NCBI GenBank assembly: GCA_002633005.1
Contig: NMRA01000319.1
Location: forward strand, 449,513-513,512
From: Phoronis australis
Taxonomy: Eukaryota > Animalia > Phoronida
Direction of reading: 5' to 3'
Length of the DNA stretch: 64,000 bases
The stretch's first letter is position 1; every line of letters starts with the position of its first letter. Under the pieces are notes generated by a model. The model made no database searches. It worked only from the letters and a program-made list of their open reading frames with translations, and was not told the DNA's origin. The translations under genes were made by a program, and so were the position numbers. Positions 33,501 to 48,500 of this stretch are shown here, in pieces.

Positions 33501-36500
33501 TCGTACTACCCTTGAGGATCCTACTACCCCATGAGAATCGTACTACCCTTGAGGATCCTACTACCCCATGAGGATCCTACAACCCCATGAGGATCCTACT
33601 ACACCACAGGGCCTGTAATGACCGATGACGGAAAACGCGGAAACTTTTACGGCCCGAAGCACGCTCCCCAGCCTTGAGACCTTTTGTTCCACAAAAATTG
33701 GGAGGACTAAAAAAAAAAACGTACCGTCTCCAGAAGCGTGCGTCTGCGTCTTTTTAGCTCGTCCGTCCTCTCCAAACAACACGCATTTTTGGCTGCAGAG
33801 TGTTAGTATTTGTCACCGCGGTTTACAATCACACGAGTCACCATTGAAAAATCCACCACGCTATCCCAGATGCCCTGGCAATGTTGACAATTTATAAAGA
33901 GCAACTTCCGCTTTACGAGGTGAAAGTCGTCGGCAACGCCGCGGTAAGAAAGGACTTTGCCGCGGAACTTTTATATCAAATCCCATTTTTTTATGCGGAA
34001 ATATAATAAAATACGCGGACAGAACATTTGAAAAAAGCGGAAATCCGCGTTTCCGCAGAAAATTCCAAGCCTTGACACCATGAGGGTCCTACTACCCCCA
34101 AAAAGCTTGTGCTAACCGTATACAGATCCTATCATCTTCATACTGAATATGTTATTCCCATAATCACCCAATTCCATTGATGAAGGCTTTACTATCTCCA
34201 TAAAGGCCTTATCAGTCCCCAAAGAGTCCCTACTGTCTACTTCAGGGTCCTATCCCATCAATTAGGGTCCTGTTGCCTGCCGTAAAGTTCCTTACCTGCC
34301 TTCCCCTGCCCGGCACTTCCAGCCTGGCCATCCCCTGCTGGGTTGCCATTGTTATGAGTGTTAGACCCTATAAGAAAATCAGAGTGTAACGGTGGTCTAG
34401 TGGCAAACAATGCATAGCTGTTAAGGTGGCACAAATGTACCCTTGTTCACAGAAAAACTATTAGAGCAAAACTGCAAATATTTTACAGTAATACGGTTAT
34501 AGATCTTTTGCAATTGTGTGAAAAAGTAAAGCGGAAAGCAACTGGGCTTCTACCAAAATTATGCAAAACAACACCTTTACTATAATCTTCTATTATAAGC
34601 CAGCCCCTGTTTCTACATCACAGTTTTGAAAAAATCTAAAAAGTGTAACTTTTTGTTGAACGCATAGTCAAGATTTATCTGGCCATAATCATCACACACA
34701 GTCCAGTGCTAGAGTCTGATGATCAGCCAACCTCATACAAAAGAGTGTCTACAGGCCATCAAGTCCATAAGAAACTTGGCATATTTTATGGCATCTTGTA
34801 TTTCTGCAATAGATTTCGACAAGCCCTGCTGTCCTCTGGAGAAATGTTTATCAGAAAATTTTATCTAACGTCGCGTTGTACGGAGGTGAGCCCTTGCCGC
34901 ATCATCTATGGCTTCACGGCACTAAAATACTGCATAAAATAAATTGACATATTGTGGAATAAAAACTGTTGATATTTATTAACTGTTTCTTTAATTGAAT
35001 TCTTCATAATTTTATCAGGCGAAATACGATGGAAATCAGCCAAAATAAGTTTGCCAGGTTTTGGATCTATGAAACCCATTGATGCATGCTTTTTTAGTTA
35101 GTCAGAAACTCCTTGAACCACGGTAGATAAGTGACCTGAAAGACATGATGTCAGACAGCAGAACGCAGTAACAATGGACTGCTAAGACTGTCACATGGAT
35201 GTAGCCTACATTTAGACACTGCTGTCTTAAGTTGAAAAACAAACGAGAGCTTTAATTTGTAATGCGTTATTGCCTCCATTATGGGACAAAATTCCTTCGC
35301 CACCTTGCGAAAACTTCCTGTTAATTCCCCTTCGTTCTGGGTCACGAAGGAAACCATTCCGACATCATGACAGGGAATTCTGGGACATTTTGCTTGAATA
35401 GTTTTGACATGTAGCGCAGTTGGTTAATTAGGTCAAGGTGAACATAGCATATCCAAATTTACATTCATTTCGTTATGTTTGAGGAACAGTAATGAAAAGT
35501 ATAGTCTTACACTGAATGCGGGTTACCCTCCTTTTAAAAGGATAATAAATCTTATATTGCGATTTCAATCAATCCTCGTTCTGTCACCTGCTAATGCACA
35601 AACTGCGCCTCATGGCAATAGTAAAAGCGGGTTCAACTAGAACCATACAATCAATATGTTTTCATGATTCTTGGTAGGTTGTCCTTACCTACAATCGTAG
35701 TGTAACTCGCCTGAAGCGCAGGTCACACTTGCCTGTTTGGCAACCTTTGTACAGAGTTTTCTAAATTCACTCCAAACTTGAAGAGGATTACATGGCATTT
35801 TGTTTTGGAGAGCTGAGTGGGAAAGTTGTCGTTGATATCTGTTAATAGACCAAACCCTGGTTTGGTATCCTTTTAAATAACAAAATACACAAAATGAACA
35901 AAATGGCCTCAGTGTTCAGACGGTCCAAGGCTTGTAAACTCACCTGTCCACTGGAAGTGGACCAGTTCCCCTTCCTTGATATTTAGGTGGGTGGGGAAGA
36001 AGTCGTACTCCACCGCGGGGTACACCTGCACTATGTTGCCTCTCTTACCGCGCACATTCACGTTGTGGATTGTCTTGTCAGAGAACCCAGCCTCACGTTT
36101 CTTCAGTTTGAACATGTGAGAGCGATCTTGAAAAACGCGGCCGAACTGTGCAGTGTTGATGGCGAGACGCAGTGGCGAGCGACCAGCGCCGATTTCCACG
36201 TAGGGGTTCTGCTGGACTGGTGACATCTTCATTTTGACCCTGGGGATGTCAAAAGTCATACAGTGATGGTGGTCGAACGGCAATTCTGTTCAGCAGGAAA
36301 CCATTTAACAGAAGTCTTTGGATCAAGATGAAAGTAAACACAATTCAAATAAACCTACCTTTATTACCTAGGACCAAACTTCTGAATTTCTAAGTATTTA
36401 CAGTAATACATTTTTGAAAACCTTGCTGACCAAGGACTTTTTATGTGCTCAAAAATAATGGCTAGGTGTTCGTAATCTGATTACTGCCTTTTCTTACAAA

Positions 36501-39500
36501 ATCTTTATTACAAACAGATTGCTGTAATTTTCACAATTCTGATGTTTTCAAATAAAACTTGCTAATTCCACTTTCTCTATTCTATAACGTGCAAATGAGC
36601 ATCTAGGTTTTCCTTCAGGACCCTTAATTCTTATTACTCCGCAGTCAAAATGAAGACGTCAACATCTCCTTCAAAAAAAAACAGAAGTGAAGCCGAGATC
36701 TCAGCTTTACAGGCCTTAAAAAATTCCAGTCATGCTCTTTACGACTAATAACATGAATACACAGATACACGGAAGATTTTGTGCAAAAAATTGTGTTAGT
36801 GAAAATGACAGTCACATTTTATAGAAAAAATCATACGACCATAAACACCTGCACATTGCTTTAACGCATGCAATGAGCTTCTTTGGTCATCAAAGACTTA
36901 AAAAGTTTCAAAATTTATTGAAGAATTCGAAGCTTTTCCATTACCTTAATTTTTTTATTCGTCTCCAAAAAGCCAGAAAAAGCAACATGATCCATCATCT
37001 TAATAACCGTGATCCCCCTGATTAGACATCTCGGACATTACAACATGCATTTGAAAGACTGACCCAGTATCCATACATGAAACTTTTGTTCCTGGCTTAA
37101 ATTTGTTCGAGTTGTCCCCTCAAAATATCTTATTCCTAATCTAAGCAAAAGTTTGACTATCATTACAAAAACGCAAAGTTCAAGAATAACTAGTGTACAC
37201 ACAATTCAATACATTCTTCATAATATCAATAAAAACAGAGAAATCTAGAAATGTAATTAAACGGTACATTATTCAAAGAACTCAGATGTATTGTGATATA
37301 CTGTAATAACAGTGATGTGGTATAAACTGTGACATTTTGGGCTTGGATGGGGTAACTAGTCAGCGTAGAGACTTAGAGTTTTGCGTAAATCATCGCTGTA
37401 GTTCACACACAATAGGCCTTTAAAAATTGACATGTAGTCAGTGAAAGTAGTTCTTTGTGAACCCTGTTGTAAGTAAACAACAGTGCCAGTTGACCTGTGC
37501 TCGTAAACACAAAAGGTTATGGTCCTGGCTGAGAAGATAATTGCTTTATCACCCCCTATTGGTTTTGAATATTCCAGCCCGCAATAAATATGGCAGACTA
37601 ATAACTTACACATCCTCATTGTATGAAGCATCAGTGAAATAGGGATCATAGTCATCGGTGGAAATGTTGTATCTGAAATGTTAAGACAAACGTATTTAAT
37701 GTTCCTTAGTTAAACAGAACAAGGCCACACTACCACAGCTATAAAATTTCAGGGGTCAATTACGTTTTCTTCCCAACAATGGAGGAGCATTAGAAACCCA
37801 GACTCCTTGCATGAGAACTGGTATGCGGTCAAGCACAAGGCACCAGCTGGGGAACTTAAACACTAACTGTTGTTTCATTTACTATCATAATCCTTCAACA
37901 TTTCACCAGACTACTTTATTTGGGACCAATGATAAGTGTCTAAAAGTGAAATATCAAATGGACTGACTTACTCTAGGACCATAAAGTAGAGGCTTGGGAT
38001 GTTGACTAAATTATGTATCTAAAAAACGGGAGGTGGTCGGTAAGCCGAGCATAGGCGGTAACCCGGACGAGTATGGTATTAAAAACAGCTTAAATAACAT
38101 CTCTTACCACTACTAACTTGATAAACAACATGGAGGACACAACTAAAAGACAAACCAAAAGGTGGCGCCACCTACTTAGCATACTATAAAATGGCATAAG
38201 ATCAAACACAGAAGGGAAAATAGCACTTGAACTTTGATACAATGCCTGTTGTTTTACCTCATTCTGAACGCACAACGCTTCGTTTTCTCCGAGGGGAAGT
38301 ACGGTAAAATCCATGTGTAGTTATTGGCTGCACCGAATCGACCGTTACCAAGGTGATTAGATCTGTCAAAAATCATTTAGTACCAAATTATAAAGTGTTC
38401 TCTACTCTACAGGAGATCTAAAATTATAGTGAACACGCAAGAAATGCCTGGTTCGTAATAGACATTGGCAATAAACTGTCAATTAGTCATCTTTGTATTT
38501 CTTACACAAATTTACAGGCCAGCAAAATTCAATAACTCGAGCAAAACCTACAACAGGCAGAAAATGGTGATGTCACCTCTTGGCATTTGAAAGTATTTGG
38601 AATTGAAGTGAAATTTAAACTTGCCACACCTGGACCAAGGAGCTTCCGTGCAATCAGGAGGGTCTAGAGCCACCAAACACTCGGCTTTTGTTGGATCGGC
38701 AGCGTCATATGGCACCGCCCAGATGCGGCGAACACCTCCTTTTCTGGAGTTTTTACAAGCTGCTTCACTCGTCAACTCTGCAACAAAGCAACAGGATAAA
38801 AATGCGCAATATGCGCAATTCTTTCCCCACGAGGAACGTTGTAGTGACACAAGACGTCGTGATCTAGAGGGATCTAAAGGGAACAGGAGCCAGGCGAGTA
38901 ATTAAGTACAAACCATGTGGCGGTGTTAAAAACATCAACTGTCTTTACAGAGTTGCATTTGGTATTCCAAAGCGACGTCACTGGATTCTTTTCTATTGTC
39001 TGAGCTTATAGCAGATGACGATAAGTACTAAATTTGGATGCTTTATGCTTATTTAGTCAGTTTTGGATTGATAGAAAGTATATTTAAGCACAAAAAAGGA
39101 ATTAAACTTCATTTAATTATTGTTATAGAGTTGAGTGAATAACTGCTCCAGCAAAAATTCCGTAGTTTGGAAAAAATGTAAAGTTAATTATTTTGGTCAA
39201 GGTGGGAGCTTGTACCAAATTTTAGAAACAGGAAGTGTCTGTCCCAAATTCAACGAGGAACAATATTGTTCCTCCTGATGTTGTGTACTAAGAGAACGCA
39301 TGAAAATGTTGCAGCAGTGGGTATTTCCGACAGTTGTAAGAACCGACAAGTCGAGCTTCTGTTGATACAAAATGCATTGTCTGATATTTGAGAAATAGTA
39401 TGAACACTAAAATCTCCCATCTCTCAATCTTCAGAATGGGTGTGTCAAATTTTAGAGACCGTTCTAAACAAGAAAAATTTTACGGCACTCACCTGGTGCC

Positions 39501-42500
39501 TTCTCCAGGTAGTTGGCGAACGTACGCCACGTTCCTCCATTGTCCTTACACTCAGCCGCGTTGTTCCATCGAGACCAATGTTTCCGACTTCCGTCACCAT
39601 AGGTTTCCACACACTCACCATAAGCTTGGACGTTGAAGCTATTTTTGGTGTAGTAACTACAAACCATAGTTAAAACTCAGGTGTAAGAAAAATTAAACAT
39701 TTACCAATAGTAAAAATGTAGAATAAAACAATCTACACCTAACTGTGAGCCATATCATGACAACAGAGTGTTAACAATGGCTGCAGTACAGATTCTCTAT
39801 GATTACAATGACACACTATAACCATTACCATCCTTGCAATGTTAAACTGATATGATATAGCCTGTTATTAAATTGGCTAAATCTGAACATTAAAAACATG
39901 AGATGAAATTCTAGAATATAAATAGGTAAATTAAAACAGCAAGAATTGATCAACTGAAATTTGAAATTTTCATATGTAATAACTTCCTTTGTCAACAGAA
40001 ACAGAAACAAAAAAAAAATTCTACAAATTCAGGACAAAATATGGCGCTGAAGTAAAATTTTATTTTCATTTTTTCATAAAAGAAATGTACCCTCAAATTA
40101 ATAATGCTTTACGTTCCAAGTTCTGTACCATAGCTATCATCAGAAAATATTTTGAAACACTGTGGGCATTCACAACATTTTAGAAGACTTCCGACAACAA
40201 AGAAGGGTGAATTTTGGCAATTATTTTTTGTCTGAAATTGACAACATTTTACCGTTCTTTGATTCTGTTTCTCATACTCCAGTCGGATTATTCTAACCTG
40301 GAGCTGCACAATACTGTTGAACAGCAGACTGTTATTATGACAACTTTCTCGGCGAAACGAAACAAGACAAAAATTTTACTTTCTTGTCACCAAAATTTCT
40401 TTCCTACAACTGTCAGCAACGAAGCAAGTCTATGAGGAAAAATGATGATTTCAATAAAGCTGCATGTCACCTACTTTAGTTGGATAAAAACGAAAATCAA
40501 ATTAGGCCTTATACGCTCATAAAATCTCTCCCAAAACATTCCTTATCGCAATGGCAATTTATTTCCGTTACCAAGTGAAGTCAAAAGCAATGCAAATATG
40601 CACAACTATCGAATTCACAATTATAGCGTACGTCAAAACCAATGAAGCTTTTGTCTAGTCGCTTATGGATTCCTGTTCCAGTTGGTCAGGGAAATCAAAT
40701 CCAATCACAGTAAGGAATACAGTGAGACCGACTTTAATCAATTTTCTTATTTTAGTCAGCTAAGCCCGGCTAAATACAGCTGTGACTATTGTGGTGCAAA
40801 ATTTAAGTGATTTTTGCGAATTTGAATTCTGCAAAAAATAATTCCTTTTTGATTTAATTCCCAGCTGTGACAACAAATATGAGAGATGTCATAGCAACAA
40901 AAGTTACCTGCACATTGAACTGTTTTGCGCCAGCACCGCAATATCCTTCCACGGTGTCGGGTGCCAATATGGGTAGTAGTCACGCTCCTCCGGACACTCG
41001 TAACCACGGCGATTGCCATTGGGGTTCTGCCTTGTATATATAGCGCTGCTGTAGCCGTTGCCGTTATTTTTCTTAAGTTTCTGATCAGCGGTGAATAACC
41101 CTTTGGCAAATAACAAAGTTGAAGTAATATACATTGCCAGTAAAACATGAATGTTCAGCAATAAATTGCAAATGTTGTGTTTTCTTCCAGAGGGGCTCTC
41201 ACGCTCCATGGAGCAGCTATTTTCAAGTAATACTATCCTTTCGAGAGGGACTTTTGGTGCAACAGGGTGTACTTATAGTACTGGTATTGACTCAGATATG
41301 ATTTCATATTGTACTAAATGCGATATGTGTTTCCTGACTGTCCATTCGTTACGTCAGTCTGAACTTTGAATAGGAGTGGAACTCAATATCCACTCGGTGA
41401 ATATGCCACATGAATTCCACGACATGTAGACTATTTTAGCGGTAGTCACCTTCCTTTATTTACTACCTATTGCTAACCACTGTGGGTAGCACAACAACGT
41501 AATGTTTATGCGTTGTACTTTGGGCCAATGGCTAGGAGTTCAAATGAAACGATACTTAATGTACCATACAAATTTTCTATGAATATCTCGATTAATCGTT
41601 TCACAACTTCTAAATGGAGAGAAAGAAGACCAGGTATTATCTGGTCAAAACATCATATTCCGCCTAAGTGATTTCTGTGCAGTGTCAACTGTTCACACAC
41701 TCAAAACATTATGGCCCAGAATCTTAACAAAATTGATTGTGTTCAAGTTCACAGTTACAACCGACTTACCCTTATTCCTCTCTCGGTTGTAACAACTGTC
41801 GTACCATTCCCAAGACTCGTGAAGCGCACGGTCTTGTTTATTAGCATTCCGTTTACGATTCTTGCTTGTTCCTTTACTCTCCTTCAAATTTTGAATTCTG
41901 TTGTGTTGTTGAGTGGCAGGATTAACCCCATTTCTGATACTGTCAACTGCAAAACGGATAACAAGCAAATGCAGATAGAAAAAAGCTATCATGGAATACA
42001 CAAATTGAAACAAACAGGTGCCCACCATTTTACGACATTTAAGACCAGACACAAGTCTGTAAACCATACATGTCAAGAACAAACTACAAAACGTGAAAAT
42101 CATTTGTACTCTTCATTATTTCCGTGACTGTCTAAATTATACGGTTCAAGGTCGGGGGTCATGTAATGTCTGACTAGGGTACACTTTCAAAATTTTGAAG
42201 AAACGGTGACAACGAAATAGAACTACAAAATTTGACCACGAATACATATGCATTCCGCAATCACTGTAAGTTTTACATAAACTAAGTTGATGGTCTTTTT
42301 TAAAACACTAATGCACTGATTAAATAAAAATGTCAGTACTATACTTCAATAATGCCCATACATGTTGATAAGATATTGCTCTCAAGGCCCTCGCAGGCTC
42401 AATTCTCCTCAAAGCACCCCCGATTTATTGCAATTGGTCCCCAATCTTAAAGTAAAGAGAACAACCAGGCACAAGATCAGATCGATGCACTGAAGTCTAA

Positions 42501-45500
42501 AATTTCAATTAACACGTGCATAGTTTCAAATTAAACAATTGTCAACTCAGCACAACAAGCACTACACAATTATTAGCAATATTATTATAATTATTATAAG
42601 TATTACTATCAGTATTCGTAACTATTATTATCACCATAACTATTATTATAATTATGTTAACCAAACTCTTACTACTCCTATTTAAATTATTACTATCTTT
42701 ACAACATAGATTTGCTGTGTCTATGTTTTACAAGGTTTTTGATAAAATATGGAACGAAATCCAGCAACCATGTTTATTCAAAACAGGTTTTTATAAAATA
42801 TGGAATGAAAACAAGCAACCATGTAAACCTAATTCACTTCACTATCCCTACTTACTGTTTGGCGTATTGGGCTCATCCTGACACATGTATTGCAGAACGA
42901 GGTTACAGTTCTGCTTGTGTGGGTCCGTGTCTTCGTTTCCACCACAGCCATGCTGATTGGTCCATTCCACAACCAGGTAGCTTTTACCTTGATCACCCTG
43001 TAGCGTCTTCCACGGACCACTTTGGAAGTATTTCTGAAAATAATTTGTTTTGTTAGTAGGGAAAGTAATCTTCAGATATTGGGTACGATTGAGAACTCGA
43101 TGGACACAGGTGAAAGAGTGCCCTTCTGTAAAGACATCCAAGTTCTGAACACTGCTCAACGAGCTACTACAAATCATGACTAAATGAAAACAATTATTGT
43201 GAAATACACGACGGAAATGTAGAATTAGCATGCACATTGTGTCTCCAATCAGTAAGTGTCAAAATGGGTGTGAGTGTTCATGTGGACGCCCTTGCGGGTT
43301 TATTTCATGTTCAGGTTGTTCACGTGAATGAAGACTTGTAGGTTTGTACAATATTACATGACTACAAATACTTCCAATCAATTAATACAAGCNAAATTTA
43401 AGTGATTTTTGCGAATTTGAATTCTGCAAAAAATAATTCCTTTTTGATTTAATTCCCAGCTGTGACAACAAATATGAGAGATGTCATAGCAACAAAAGTT
43501 ACCTGCACATTGAACTGTTTTGCGCCAGCACCGCAATATCCTTCCACGGTGTCGGGTGCCAATATGGGTAGTAGTCACGCTCCTCCGGACACTCGTAACC
43601 ACGGCGATTGCCATTGGGGTTCTGCCTTGTATATATAGCGCTGCTGTAGCCGTTGCCGTTATTTTTCTTAAGTTTCTGATCAGCGGTGAATAACCCTTTG
43701 GCAAATAACAAAGTTGAAGTAATATACATTGCCAGTAAAACATGAATGTTCAGCAATAAATTGCAAATGTTGTGTTTTCTTCCAGAGGGGCTCTCACGCT
43801 CCATGGAGCAGCTATTTTCAAGTAATACTATCCTTTCGAGAGGGACTTTTGGTGCAACAGGGTGTACTTATAGTACTGGTATTGACTCAGATATGATTTC
43901 ATATTGTACTAAATGCGATATGTGTTTCCTGACTGTCCATTCGTTACGTCAGTCTGAACTTTGAATAGGAGTGGAACTCAATATCCACTCGGTGAATATG
44001 CCACATGAATTCCACGACATGTAGACTATTTTAGCGGTAGTTACCTTCCTTTATTTACTACCTATTGCTAACCACTGTGGGTAGCACAACAACGTAATGT
44101 TTATGCGTTGCACTTTGGGCCAATGGCTAGGAGTTCAAATGAAACGATACTTAATGTACCATACATATTTTCTATGAATATCTCGATTAATCGTTTCACT
44201 ACTTTAAATCAAGCAAACTTCTAGATGGAGAGAAAGAAGACCAGGTATTATCTGGTCAAAACATCATATTCCGCCTAAGTGATTTCTGTGCAGTGTCAAC
44301 TGTTCACACACTCAAAACATTATGGCCCAGAATCTTAACAAAATTGATTGTGTTCAAGTTCACAGTTACAACCGACTTACCCTTATTCCTCTCTCGGTTG
44401 TAACAACTGTCGTACCATTCCCAAGACTCGTGAAGCGCACGGTCTTGTTTAATCGCATTATTTTTACGATTCTTGCTTGTTCCTTTATTCTCCTTCAAAT
44501 TTTGAATTCTGTTGTGTTGTTGAGTGGCAGGATTAACCCCATTTCTGATACTGTCAACTGCAAAACAGATAACAAGCAAATGCAGATATTAGAAAAAATA
44601 TAGATGGAATACACAAAATGAAACAAACAGGTGACCACCATTTTTATGACACTTAAGACCAGACACGAGATTGTAAATCCTACATGTCAAGAACAAACTA
44701 CAAAAAGTGAAAATCATTTGTACTTTTCATTATTTTCGTGACTGTCCAAATTATACAGTTCAAGGTCGGGGGTTAGGTAATGTCTGGCTGGTGTACACTT
44801 TCAAAAAAAACTGATGACGAAATAGAACTACAAAATTTGACCATGAATACATATGCATTCCGCAATCGTTGTAACTTATACACAAGCTACGTAAGTTGAT
44901 GGTCTTTTTTAAAACGCTGATGCACTGGCTTAAATTTGCTGGTCCTTTCTATCAAATAAAAATGTCAGTACTATACTTCAATAATGCGCAAAAACAACAT
45001 GTTTTAGTTAAAAAGAAACTGTTGACTTTCATAATTAGTTTCAATCCAGGAATATGTTGATATTGCCTGATCACGGTGAGAAATCAAGTTCATGAGTTCA
45101 AGGATCGTGGAACTTTCGAACATTTTTTACAGACAAAGCAAAGAATCCGTAACACAGTGAATTATGGGAAGTGTTGCCAGCATAATCACGAGTGGGAACA
45201 TACGACTTGTTTCAACGAAATGTCATGTGGCTCTCGAGCATGCTCAATGAAAGAGCAATCAAATCGGTAAAAAGTGAAATAGTTGGGGAGCAACGTGTAC
45301 CTCAATCGCTCCACTGAAATCACTCAAATAAATCTCTACACGGAAACAACTAACTCTTCACTTATTTAGCAAACAAAATGGCCGACATGTGAAATCCTAT
45401 TTTGTCCAATTTTTCTGCAAATCAAAGATTAAGAAAATTTTAGTCCATGACTAGCATGGTTTGTACTGTGTAGATGACACAAGGTAAATTTAATTATTTG

Positions 45501-48500
45501 CAGAGAGTAATGAGCGCTTGAAAAATGGAAAAAACGACAGTTTTACAATATTTAGGAAACAGAACTGATGAATTCCCGTACTCAAAGCAGTCATCTGTGA
45601 AAAAGCAGCTGAAGTATTTGGTGAGCATCTCAGATGTCGGAGATTCGAGTTTAAATACATGTTGATGAGATATTGCTCTCAAGGCCCTCGGAGACTCAAT
45701 TCTCCTCGAAAGCACCCCTTATTTATTGAAATTGCTCCCCATCTTAACACAAAGAGAACAACCAGGCACAAGATTAGATGCAATGAAGTCTAAAATTTCA
45801 ATTCACACGAGCATTGTTTCAAATTAAACTACTTATCTAGTAAACTCAGCATAACAGGCACTACACAATCATTTGGAGTATTATTATTATCATAATTATT
45901 ATAACAGTCATTATCATTATTATTATCATTATTACTATTATTAGAATTATGTTAACCATACTCTTACTATTCCTATTCAAATTATAAATATCTGTATAAC
46001 AGATTCGCTTTGTCTATGTTTTATAAAAGAGAAGGTTTTGATAAAATATGGAACAAAATCCAGCAGCCATGTTTATTCAAAAGAAGTTTTTCTATAAAAT
46101 ATGGAATGAAAACAAGCGACCATGTAAACATAATTCACTTCACTATTCCTACTTACTGTTTGGCGTATTGGGCTCATCCTGACACATGTATTGCAGAACG
46201 AGGTTACAGTTCTGCTTGTGTGGGTCCGTGTCTTCATTTCCACCACAGCCATGCTGATTGGTCCATTCCACAACCAGGTAGCTTTTACCTTGATCACCCT
46301 GTAGCGTCTTCCACGGACCACTTTGGAAGTATTTCTGAAAATAATTTGTTTTGTTAGTAGGGAAAGTAATCTTCAGATATTGGGTAAGATTTAGAACTCG
46401 ATGGACACAGGTGAAAGAGTGCCCTTCTGTAAAGACCTCCAACTTCTGAACACTGCGCAACGGCTACAAAACATGACTAAATGAAAACAATATTGTGAAA
46501 TACACGCAGAAAAGTAGAATTAGCATGCACATTGTGTCTCCAATCCGTAAGTGTCAAAATGGGTGTGAGTGTTCATGTGGATGCCTTTGCAGGTTTATTT
46601 CATGTTCAGGCTGTTCACGTGAATGAAGACTGTAGGTTTGTACAATATTACATGACTACAAACACTTCCAATCAATCAATACAAGCATGTTCATACGCAC
46701 GCACAAACGTATGCATGCACGCAAACACGTACACACACGTACACAAGTGTGTGTTTGTGATGTCAAGAAAAGGTATCCAGGGCAGCCTGAATCAGTGGAA
46801 AAGCTAAATTTAATCTAAAACTGAAAACTACATCTGCGACTTCACACAGGCGGACACATGGTTTTACATCACTAAAGCAAAAGCTACTGAGGTAAATTCA
46901 ATGCTGGGGACAATCAACAAAAGCCACTGTCTGTGGTGTGTCTTGTTGAATGCTTCCGTGTTAAGCAATGAAATAAATGAAATGAAATGCAGTTCTGTTA
47001 GGAATCTCAACAATTTTGAGGCAGTTTATTTTTGAGTTGTGAATGACCCCCACCACAAGTGTACATGTGGGTACAAATATGGGTATGAATGTGGGCATGA
47101 ATGTATTATGTTTAATAATAATAACAAAAAGGTATCAACGATTTTGGACAAACCTAATTTATCCCTTTTCATTTTTCAAACAATACATAAAAACTTATTC
47201 GCGTTACTTATCTTTTATGAGAAAAATCAAAGTTCACTTGTCTGCCATGTTACGTCTTAAAGTTTAAAATTTTACCACTCCGCGGCAGTAAAGGCTATCA
47301 GGCAATTTCCCATACAGTTAATTTTACGACAATTAAAGCTTCGATGTTAACCATGGTGTAACCCCAAGTTGAGCGTGAGTGTTTTTCACATCATCTTTGG
47401 AGTTATAGTTCAGCAAAGTTATTGCACGGCGGCGCCAATATGACCTTGGCCTGCGCAATGAGCTTTACATAATTAATTTGTCTCATTGGACCCTGTATAG
47501 TACGTTTGTACGCCTTACTCTTTTTGTCATTGCCATCAAAAACAACAAGGACCACCCCTCCCTACCTTCAACTTCAGAAGGCAACAGTCGGTTGCCACAT
47601 TGAGATGAAAAGGACTGATGACATTTAACAGAAAATTGGATTCTTGTGGCTTGCAGCAGATCCATGTAAAGGAAGTATGACATTTGGCGGGAACTATAAA
47701 AGACAGAAGTTTAGTGTTCACACTGATGTAAGCTTCAGTAATACCAAAGCTTCCAAGGCACTCAATTGAAAAATAGTGCAAAGGCTGTTAGAAGTCTACG
47801 AAAATAGTCGAGTCCTTATTACATGCACCCCCTCGCCACTGTTAGCCTATCACTACGCTCCAGTGAGCTTTAATTATCACACCTGCAGTTTCAAGAGGTG
47901 CCTCTCCTAGAATAATTCACATATTGGGAAAGTCTTTCAAGTTCTGTTGAGATAGAGGACAAACAAAACCTATTGTTAACACTGGCCTTTGTATCATCAC
48001 TTACATAATAGTTGTAGCAGGCACTGGTAAGTGCTGAACCTGCAGTTTTCAGTTCACAGTGTCAGCAGAAATTGGCCAACTTTAGCTATGATAAGGCCAT
48101 TGTTCACTTACTTAGCTAAAAAGATGACTGACAATTGAATTTTTTTACATTTAATTTCTCCACAAAAGTGAAGATTAAGAAAAATGTGAGTGGATTGCAG
48201 TGTGCAGACTTTTCATTAAAAACTTTTGTTTCAGTTCCCATAATTTGCAAAAAAAAAGGTAATTAACATAAAAAAGACCATTTTGGCAATTTTTTGGTGC
48301 AATGTACGTGGAGAATGACAGCACATAGTTAAAATTGCTGGACATCAGGCATCACGCAAATTGATACACCAAACAACCTTACCGCACACCGCATGAACTT
48401 TGCACTGCATGAACTTTGACTTACCATGCACTGCAAGAATTTTATGTTTCCATATTTGTGAGAACTTTACAGATACTGTAAAAACTAAGTGATGCTGCAA

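Larger units (their letters stand above)
40799..46686. repeat. Direct duplication (40799-43392 / 43394-46686) of DD3-3 exons 3-5 across a single N
   Basis: Collinear near-identical blocks meeting exactly at N 43393. Confidence 0.92.

Noticed and set aside
40799-46686. In-frame internal domain duplication of DD3-3
   Set aside because: The 548-nt block is not a multiple of three and the splice phases are incompatible
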